Shown here piece by piece: positions 54,495-64,000 of a stretch of 64,000 bases of DNA. The position numbers and the translations under genes were made by a program. Origin of the DNA: Octopus vulgaris (lineage: Eukaryota); NCBI GenBank assembly GCA_951406725.2, contig OX597816.1, forward strand, positions 98,146,001 through 98,210,000, in the 5' to 3' direction. Numbering within the stretch: position 1 is the first letter of the stretch; each line of letters opens with the position of its first letter. The notes beneath the pieces were generated by a model. The model saw only the letters and a list, made by a program, of their open reading frames with translations. It was not told the origin of the DNA and searched no databases.

Positions 54495-54627
54495 AGAGCT
54501 TCACGTTTCTGTCGGACAGTTTTGGTTGAGAATGGAACAAAAAATTAGGTTACATGGTCCAGTTTTCTTGGGGTGGGGGATTCCATTCTCAACCAAAACT
54601 GTCCCACGAACGGGAGCGTGAGGCTCT
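54495..54627. repeat. Long hairpin / MITE-like inverted repeat
   Basis: Perfect 24-bp arms 54514-54537 / 54581-54604, plus 18-bp outer arms 54495-54512 / 54610-54627. Confidence 0.85.
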
Positions 54628-54743
54628 GAGTAACAGCTGTGATGTCTTTGCAGTTTATATTACAGCATATTACTCTACTTTCGGTATTCGAGTACTATTT
54701 TTTGCCACCTTGTTTCAAATTTATGTGCTTACTCTGATATATA

Positions 54744-55312
54744 TTGGGTTGTCAGGAAAGTTCGTGCCGATTTATAGTAGCTTATCTTTCGACTTATTTT
54801 AGAACATGGTTGAATCCATAAAATAGAATTTGACTACGCCTGCATTTAGAGCACGGTTTAAGCTATCTTTGCGTGGAAGAAGGTTTATGTTCCTATAACC
54901 TGTGTTAATTCTGTAACCCTTTAAAATGGAAGATAAGAAAGTTCATTTTCGGCACTTGCTGCTTTTCTTTTTCCGTAAAGGACAAAATGCCTCACAAACA
55001 ACCAAAGAAATATGTGCAGTGTACGGTGATGTTTCTTTATCCAAAAGAACTGTACGGAAGTGGTTCGCAAGGTTCCGAGCTGGAGATTGTAGCCTTATTG
55101 ATAAAGAGCGTTCAGGAAGACCATCCACTACTGATGATGACCAAATCAAGTCATTAACTGAGAATAACCCACATTACACAACTCAAGAATTGGCAGAAGC
55201 CTCAACCTATCAAATTCCGTCGTTCATGAGCATCTGGTAAATCTTGGGTAATGGCAAGTATTTATTGACCTTTTTCTTTCCTTTAAAAATCGGCACGAAC
55301 TTTCAGGACAAC

Positions 55313-55316
<4 letters not shown>
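54744..55316 (+). mobile_element. Internally deleted mariner element
   Basis: 30-bp TIRs TTGGGTTGTC(AG/CT)GAAAGTTCGTGCCGATTT, TA on both flanks; retains the transposase N-terminus. Confidence 0.93.
54926..55240 (+). pseudogene. Mariner transposase N-terminal HTH region (no catalytic domain)
   Basis: HFRHLLLFFFRKG-NA..EICAVYG...RTVRKWFARFRAGD-SL-D-ERSGRP...ENNPHYTTQELA. Confidence 0.9.
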
Positions 55317-55370
<54 letters not shown>

Positions 55371-55373
<3 letters not shown>

Positions 55374-55740
55374 CGTCCTTTTCTGCTTGAATAGTCACCT
55401 AACAAGTACAGACAGGGGGCAGATCTAATGTAGCTATAAGTCGTGATTGGGCAGAATCTGGATGACGTCCTGCTATGCTTGACTAACGAAGCGACTGGTC
55501 AAGACAGGAAACAAACAAGAGGGAGTTATAATGCAGCGATTGCTCAAAATAATGATGACGTCCCGTTCCACTTGATTAAAGCCACCTAACGAAACGATTG
55601 GTCAAAACATTGATGACGTCACGCTACGCTAGATTGACCACCTAACAGGCATTATAAAACCGAGCATTTCACAAAAACCCACTAGAACCACCCAGCGAAC
55701 TTCCACCATGGGTCATCACAATTGCTTAAGGTAAAAATGA
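55371..55740 (+). promoter_or_regulatory. Promoter-like cassette: four TGACGTC repeats, ATTGG boxes, TATA, Kozak ATG and splice donor
   Basis: TGACGTC at 55371, 55463, 55556 and 55614 (the last a full TGACGTCA); recurrent (cac)ctaac and gattgg; TATAAAA 55653; CCACCATGG 55703; AG/GTAAAA at 55730/31. Confidence 0.5.
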
Positions 55741-56132
55741 ATTCCTCGCTCTTTCGGAAACATCAATCTTCTGTATTGAACGCTTTCCACCACTTTGATC
55801 TGTTTTTTGTATTGAATACGTATCGCCACCGTGGGCCACTGCATCGAACACTTTGAACATATACTTCAAACTATATATCAACTGTACATGAACTATATAT
55901 CAACTATACATGAACTCTAAGATGTCTGACTCCGTTGTGTATTATAAATGAATTTTTTGTGTTTGACGGCATGAGCTGTCTCTTTTTATATATAACTTTT
56001 TTGATAAGGTTCATTTCAGGAACTGAAACATGTTATAATGTATATATAAAAATTAAAAATTGTATAATACAGCAGCATTTTCGAACTTCATTTTTTACAA
56101 ATATATATATATATATACATTATACACACACA

Positions 56133-56188
<56 letters not shown>

Positions 56189-56399
56189 CATTCACACACC
56201 CACACGCGTGTGTGTGTATACAGCATTCGATACTAGCATATATAAACATTTTGATTGCAATTCATAGTGCAAAATATAAAATAAAAATTGCATTAGTAAA
56301 AAATCGCAGGAATTAATAAACAACAGGAAACTATTAACTAAAAGATGGGTGGCGAAACTATTATCTATTTTTAATATGTCTGATATAATGAGAAATTTA

Positions 56400-56643
56400 A
56401 TACGCAGTTACAAATTACATTGGATATAATGAGAATCAATTAACTTATGGAACTACTGTAGTTCATTTGGCTGAAAGGAAGTTGCCTCTAATTCTAATTT
56501 GTCCGGCCATTTACATCGAGAATTTAGAAGATATTTAGTGAGTTACACTGAAGATGATATAAGCTGTTCATTGAGAGCTGAAATAATAAAATCATTTCTA
56601 ATTCCAGTTGTTGCCAGTTTATTTTAGTTTCCTCGAGTGAAAA

Positions 56644-56710
<67 letters not shown>

Positions 56711-56779
56711 GGTGGTGGTGGTGGTGGTGGTAGTAGCAGTAGTAATAGTAGTAGTAGTAGTAGTAGTAGTAGCAGCAGC

Positions 56780-56846
<67 letters not shown>

Positions 56847-57945
56847 ATGGTTGTTGTTGTCACCGAACAAGGAGAATTGTGCGTTGGCGTTTCTCTGTAA
56901 ATTCGTCAATAGCGTGATGACTTTTCTCATGTGGACATATTTGCATTAAGGATACTACTTCCGGAATGTGTGTCCATGCCAGCAATAAATGATGCATGAC
57001 ACATGTGTAAATATACAGCTACAAATACCATTTCTTGTTTCATTTTCAGAATCTGGAAATATTTATTCTTCATTAAATTATGGAATATGTCACGCATAGT
57101 TTTATTAGATGTATGATTTAAAATTATTGTAATTCATTGCGACTGTTTCCTTTGCTATGGATATTTTGGTTTTCTACAGATAGCGTGTTTAAAATATGAA
57201 TTTCTTATTGTTTTGTCTATTGACAAAGACTTAATTTCATGAGCTGGCCTATTACATTGTATGTTTCTGGCAACAGTGCTCAATGATAACGATGAAATGT
57301 AAGCTACAGGTGAACGAGTCTACAACTAATCTTCAGCATACCCTCGAAGCAATTATATTTCTTTAAATGCAATGAGTGGAGTTTATCCTGCACTTTGAAC
57401 CGTCATAAAAAGGCTATCACTATTTTCACCTCCATTCAACATTAGATAACTCGAAGCAAGGAACATGGCCATTCAAAACATTCAAACTATATAGTTTTGA
57501 TTAATTTCTCCTTTAGGTCACATTATGTAACAACTGAAACAAAGCTCAGCAATATATCTAAACTTGTAGAAATAAATCTTCTCCACAAATAAACTGGCTC
57601 TATGGTAATTACATGCACTTTGATGGAATATATCAGTTTTATATTCCTTCTTTGGTTTGATAGATTTCAAAATGACCAAGATCTGTAAAATATAGAAATA
57701 TAACCATAAGACAAAGGCATATAGTAGAGTTCTGAAATTTTAAACACAATATTCATGGAATATATATCAGTATAAATTACATCTTGCTATAAAAAAAGAA
57801 TTAAACTTTCTTACCAATTTTTATTCAAAATTACACTCCGAAATTTTGAAGACTTCCCTCATAGTCACTGTAAACATATTATCACGTGACATGCAAGTAA
57901 ATCATAGGCAATCGATTAATATGCGTCAGTGTTTGTGCGTGTGTG

Positions 57946-58001
<56 letters not shown>

Positions 58002-58900
58002 CATATATATATATATACACACACACTCACATATATGCACATTCATATAAATTAGTAGCTGTATATCTCATAGAGTTAGAACGGCATATCCTAATTTACC
58101 CTAGTTGAAAATCTAAACTATCGTTTAAATCTTGCATGCTCATTTTTAACTTAAAATCAACATAGGTTTGTTTCGCGAGGTATAAAGCAGAAATTTTCTT
58201 TTGTGAAGATGTTTTGAATAGTGTTAGAAATATAATATTACAGCCCTTGCCTCGCGATTTAAAAACTGCCTGCAGATGATAAATTTTTCGATATAATCCG
58301 AAATGTAAAATCAAATTTCGAATCGTTTCTAAGAGAACATGTTAAACTCTATCTAACTTTGTTGCATTTTACGTTCCATTCTCCATAAAAAGAAATTGCT
58401 GTACTGTATCAGCAATGTCATTGATAAGTCATTTCAATCGAATATAACACTGATATTATATTTAATCTTATCCAAGCCAATTGCGGCTGCAGATTGTTTC
58501 CTTGATTCTAAAGCATTGTTGATAACACAATCAATAGCATATGTATTGTGTTGACACACATCCCAGAGCTAATCTTTCTTGATTACAACCTCCGCATTCC
58601 AATATATTTTCTTCTAAAAATACATCTGGTACTAATATATGGTACATTGTCTAAGTTCTGAATTTATTCATTTTCGTCAGATATGTCTGTATATAAGGTG
58701 AAAATGATTGAAGAGGCGTAAATTTATAAATCATTATTTCGTGATTAGATACTGTGATTTTCAGAGCTCTTGACAAAGCAACATATTGCCGAAATTCCAA
58801 TAGAGGTGTTGGCGTTTATGTTATGTTTATCAATTTTAAAAATTAATTAATATACTCTGTTCTGAATCCCAATGATTATTTCAGTTGTTTTCATGGAAGG
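56400..58900 (-). pseudogene. Pcdh: Decayed protocadherin remnant on the opposite strand
   Basis: LIFKIDK..NTSIG; VCQHNTYAIDC; ISVIFD*ND (~58455); MENG; QFLNREA (~58265); MSMQDLND (~58140); IAYDL; TDLG; LNGHVPC; KISC; SVENQ, in EC1 to EC5 order. Confidence 0.45.
56645..56860. repeat. (TAG)n/(TGG)n/(CAG)n compound trinucleotide microsatellite
   Basis: Visible. Similar (CTA)n at 36899-36963 and (TAG)n at 60805-60860. Confidence 0.95.
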
Positions 58901-59334
58901 TATCCTAAGAGTATAATAGATTTCTAGCTCGTGGTGTCGTTTCCATAGCCGCTGAATGAATTTCAGTCGGCGCACATAAATAACGCCTTGTAATAAAGAA
59001 GCTAAATCATTAAATTCCAACGCTTTTCTAGCTTTTTAATTTGTGATATTTTTTACAATCTACATTTATATTTCTTTTAATTTTAAGCTTTTGCTCAAGA
59101 AAAGCATTTAGTATTTAGTTCTCAAAATAAAAAATTAGAAATAAAGAGGAACAGAATAGGCATAATCATCACAAGTCCTTCCATAGTCAGCACAGTCCTT
59201 GGTTTATGACAGAAATGACAAGGAATTTATCCGGACAATTAAATGTGTATATATCAATGTATATATGTATAGATACATATATACATGCTTACATACATAC
59301 ATACGTACACTGATATATACACGCATATATAAAT

Positions 59335-59387
<53 letters not shown>

Positions 59388-59640
59388 CGCACAGATACAT
59401 ATATATACATGTACGTACATATATACGTACATACATGCATGTACATAGATATATATACATAATACATATATATATACATACACAGCACACACACACACAC
59501 ACATATATATAGGTATACACATACATATATACATACATATGAATATATATATGCAGAAATATAGATGTATATGTATACATACGCACATTTATACACACAT
59601 ATATATACAAATACATACATGCATGTATGTATATTTATAT

Positions 59641-60009
59641 ATTCTTTTATCTGTTTCAGTCATTTGACTACGGCATTTAGTCAAGCAAATCGACACCAGG
59701 ACATTCTTTGTAAGCCTAGTATTTATACTATCGGTCACTTATGCCGAACTGCTAAGTTACGGGAACGTAAACACACCAGAATTAGTAGTCAAGCAATGTT
59801 GCTGGGGGGGGGGGAACACAGGCACACAAACACACACATATATATAAGACGGGCTTCTTTCAGTTTTCTTCTACCAAATCCAGTAACAAGGCTTTGGTCA
59901 GTCCATTACTATAGCAGAAAATACTTGCTCAAGTCGCCACGCAGTGGGTCTGAATCCGAACCATGTGGTTGGTTAGCAGGCTACTTACCACATAGTCACT
60001 CCTGCGCCT
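59641..60009 (-). mobile_element. tRNA-derived SINE, near full length, with an internal microsatellite
   Basis: Reverse-complement head aggcgcaggagtgactatgtggtaag...ggattcagaccc (A/B-box-like) and tail gtcaaatgactgaaacagataaaagaat. Confidence 0.8.
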
Positions 60010-60804
60010 ATGCATGTGTGTATGTATGTATGTATGTATGTATGTATGTATGTATGTATGTATGTATGTATGTATGTATGTATGCATGCATGCATGTATG
60101 TATGTATGTATGTATGTATGTATGTATGTATGTATGTATGTATGTATGTATGTATGTATGTATAAAATATATATGTTCGTGTGCGGATGAATACAGAGAG
60201 ATTAAGAAGTCAATGAATTTACCTTGAAATATTAGCAAGGAAGTAGCAGCCAAAGCTTCAACTTCAGTTGTTTCCAAAATAAGATACATTGTGCAATATA
60301 TTTAAAATGTATTTAGAACAACAAAATCTTCAAGAAAACATATGCATTCGTCACAGTTTTAATGAAATTTGATTTGGTTCGTGACATAAACTCAACATTT
60401 AACATAAAAGTCCATATTGGGATCTTATTATCCCGTTCAGATCAATAAGTATTTTAATATCATGATCAGCTTTCTATTATGACCTTTTTAATCTAAGCAT
60501 GTTTTATACAAGCACGAATGCTGTAAAACCTAGAAAGGGCATGTTCTATAATAATCTATTTACAGTTAATGCATACAACGTATGTAAAATTACAGTTATA
60601 TTGCTGGAAAGTGAAATTATCAAAAACAATTTAATGATGATAATTCATATTTTAATTGCTTTCAATCTCTTCTTTATAAGAGACCCATATTTTACGTTTA
60701 TTCTGTATTTCTATATCATTAAGCACATTCTCTCCAGGCATTATCTGTGCTTTAAATAAAATAAAATACATTTTATACATTTCAAGTGATTCACATACAC
60801 ACAC

Positions 60805-60862
<58 letters not shown>

Positions 60863-60899
60863 TTTATGTTTTATGTTTATATTAATATGTGTGGTTGTG

Positions 60900-61255
60900 C
60901 TTGTGCGCAGAGCGACATACAAAGAGAGAATAAAGAAAGAAAACAAGGAAGAAAACAGCGTAAATGAAATAACATCTATTGTAATAAAGTTAGAAAGTCT
61001 GAAGTATATTGCTTTGAATATTATATATAAATATATCCATTGTTGTCAGTCGTATTTACTGTCGCTACGTTATAAAATAGACAAATTGCCAAAAGTATTA
61101 GCATAAACGGCAATATCGAATATATATGAGAGTAATTGGCTGAAAATATAGTAACTTCGTTAAATGTTAAGTTTTCCAAAGTTCTGTTTACAGAGTAGTA
61201 CAAATGACGTGGATGTAATAAAATGATTTATAACGCAATATTTATATATAAACTG
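60900..61255 (+). repeat. Diverged ~350-bp repeat, copy 1 (copy 2 at about 62570-62920)
   Basis: Shared collinear blocks gaaataa.atcta, agaaagt.tgaa, ttgtca.tcgtatttactgtcg, aacttcg.taaatgtta, gtaataaaa, aatatttatatata. Confidence 0.7.
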
Positions 61256-62021
61256 TTCATGTCCATAACCTTTACTCATAAAAGATAAATATTAAGGGCT
61301 GAAGATCTGAAAAATATTTAGAAATTGAACAATTTCTTGCTCACCAGCAAGTGTTCAGAATAAGTGTCTAAGTCTAATGCCGCGTGAGACAAAAATGCTG
61401 TTTGACGCTAATGTATGGTTGAGTCAGTTCGTTGTTATTTCCGTCGGCAATATAAGCCGAAGACTTTGTCAGGAAATACAAAAGTTAAAAGCATAGAACT
61501 ACTTTCAAGATTCCGTATCTCCACTCGTTGGATATTTTGGTTATCGCAATTAGAGCCTTAAGTCTATATCAACGCTTATTGGGGAATTCTCCCTACGATA
61601 AATTAAGTAAACAAAGAAAAAATTATTAGGTTTCTATCCATACCTACTACAGAATTATTCCTCCGAGTAAATAATCAATATAGAAGATTATTATTAGTTA
61701 ATTTAACCAATACTTTTTACATCAATTAATTTGAAAAAAATAAAAGATTTGTTATATTGAAGATGTAATTGTTTATATAATTTTGTTGCAGTTATATACA
61801 GGTGAAAATTATATGCATTTGTATACATACATATCTTATTGGTGTATGTAGTGGTGACAAGAGGCTATCTTGGATATAAAAGAGTTTCAATTGGTATGTG
61901 TTTCACATGTAATGAAGTGCATTTCGATGATTGTGGAGTGCACTTGTTTGTATCTATCTATCTGGCTAGTTTACTATACATACGTACATATATGCATGAA
62001 TGCACGTAGACGCACCGTGTG

Positions 62022-62222
62022 CAGCCAATCCGTCAACAGACAATTCGCCAACAGACAATTGGACAGTAAGTCGACATGCAGAATTATCGATCATGGAGTT
62101 CTTCTAAACGGAACGAGGAGGCAGAAAGCTTTTATACAAAGGGTACGCCTATATTGTTGATAGAACCAACCGGTCAATTGTGCTATCTGTAAGTTGTCTG
62201 TCGACGAATTGTCCGTCTGACC
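62022..62222. mobile_element. Small MITE with 15-bp tandem subunits in its inverted termini
   Basis: caatccgtcaacaga-caattcgccaacaga-caatt versus reverse complement gacgga-caattcgtcgacaga-caactt. Confidence 0.55.
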
Positions 62223-62334
62223 ACATGCGCACGCTCCCATGTGTGTTTATATATATATATATATATATATATACAAAATGGGACAAGAACGCAAAACATC
62301 CGGACAACTTGGTGATACAAAAAGGGACAACAAA

Positions 62335-62369
<35 letters not shown>

Positions 62370-62440
62370 AATGCATGTATATACATACATATATACATTT
62401 AGCACGGCCACAGACTTAGGGTTGAAACAAATAAAAGAAG

Positions 62441-62474
<34 letters not shown>

Positions 62475-63606
62475 ATAGTCACACACACACAAATATGTAT
62501 ATATGTAATAGATATACATAGTCACACATATACACATGCGTGTATGCGTGTAGGTCTTTGTCTGAGATTGTTTGTGAATGTATACATAAACACTGAAAGT
62601 AAGACCGATAATTAACGAACGAATCATATAAATTGTAAAGGAAATAATATCTAGTATAGGGAAGTAAGAAAGTTTGAAATATAAGTATGATATATAGGTT
62701 TATCGATATTTGTCACTCGTATTTACTGTCGACGTATAATAAATATCGACAAATGACCTAAGTTATTATCATAAACAACAATGCTATACGTATAAGACTT
62801 TAATCGGCTAAAAGTCTAACAACTTCGGTAAATGTTAGGCTTCTCATAGTGCTGTTTGCTGGGTAAAAGAAATGTAGAACACGTAATAAAACATTTAAAT
62901 GTAAAATATTTATATATATACTCATCGAGGGGATATTCTTAGGCTATGAAAGACTGCTACTGCTCTTAGATCTTCTAGTACTCTTAGACTGCTAATGCTC
63001 TTAGATCTAGTTTATTGAGTGGGCTGTTGCTATGTCATAGAAGCTGTGATCAGAATTTGTGTCTGGCTTTAATGTCATGGGGGACAGACATGGTCGATTG
63101 AACCTGACGTAGAGATGAAATAGATTGAATTATTGTTATTCCCATCGGCAGTGTGTGAGAGCGAGTGTTTTGGCTAGACACACGCAAACAAGCGATAATA
63201 GTGAATATGTATTGACGATTCCTGATCGGGAATTAGCTGAATGCATAACGTGCATGATGGCTCAATCCGACTCTTACGTCTACACACATAAGTTTAAAGA
63301 CACACCCACACACATATATATACATACATGCATGTATATATGTATATGTCTGACTGTCTCTATGAATGTATGTATGTTTGTATGTATGTCATTATTCACT
63401 TTTATTTCAACATTTCTTGCCATAGAGATCCTAATCTCCTTTATTGGAATATTAATATCAACAACAGGTTATATACGTTTTCTATATATGTATGTACGTA
63501 CGTATGTATGTATGTACGTATGTATGTATCCGTGCAGTTTTGTATGTTTTGTTTTATGTATGTATCCTCATGCATATAGTTGCATATCTAGACATGTTTA
63601 TATATA

Positions 63607-64000
63607 CTTAAGTGATAAACTTTTGGAAAGTTTTACAGACTTTTACAGCTCCAGTGATGGATTGGAACTGTAGTGTTCGAATCAGTTTTCTCTTTTCTGG
63701 CCTTGAGAAGCCTAATTTCTCAAGATTTGCATTTAGCTAGTGTATTACGTATCCCAGAGCCCCAATAATTACAGGTATAAACCTGAAATTGTAATCTGGA
63801 TAGTGTACCTTCAGCTTTCTCAAAAGTTCAGTGTAGGTATTGCCATTTACATTGATCTTCAGCTTCATATTAATATCCGCTGGACAGCTGATTTCCACAA
63901 CAGTACACATTCTCTCTTCTCTATCCTAAATAATTATTCAGGTCTATTGTGTTTACATTTTACTGATGTTTTCATAGGGACACTCCATAAGAACTTTTTA
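63607..64000 (-). mobile_element. R4/Dong/NeSL-type LINE 3' end (restriction-like endonuclease), running off the window
   Basis: WSVPMKT..KHNRP, CTVVEISCPAD-N, YTELLR-L..YPDY-F-FIPVIIGALG...LEKLGF...VKVCKTF. Confidence 0.85.

Noticed and set aside
55371-55650. CRISPR-like repeat-spacer array
   Set aside because: Eukaryotic context; units are diverged along their whole length with irregular spacing and there are no cas genes.
56619-56930. Poly-Y/T/V ORFs
   Set aside because: (TAG)n microsatellite.

Overview
AT-rich eukaryotic genomic DNA packed with (TA)n, (CA)n, (TAA)n, (TAG)n and (TATG)n microsatellites. The repeat repertoire and the decayed genes point to a coleoid cephalopod, probably Octopus (inference). 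No intact host gene was found, and almost all long ORFs in the track are microsatellite artefacts. Recognisable mobile elements: two RTE LINE copies, three Penelope-like elements (RT/GIY-YIG), many R4/Dong-type fragments lodged in (TAA)n, a Helitron RepHel fragment, Tc1/mariner remnants, MITEs and tRNA-derived SINEs. Two signals are not visible in the ORF track. (1) Much of the apparently unique DNA between repeats reads, across frameshifts, as heavily decayed intronless protocadherin ectodomains; 5-7 remnants form a fossil Pcdh cluster. (2) At least six distinct hammerhead-ribozyme-like folds sit in Penelope-type terminal repeats. Smaller oddities include a 50-bp duplication bracketing a Penelope/RTE head-to-head composite, a CRE/CCAAT/TATA/Kozak/splice-donor cassette, and hairpins whose mismatches are all G-U. 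All family assignments come from manual translation and motif recognition, with no database search.
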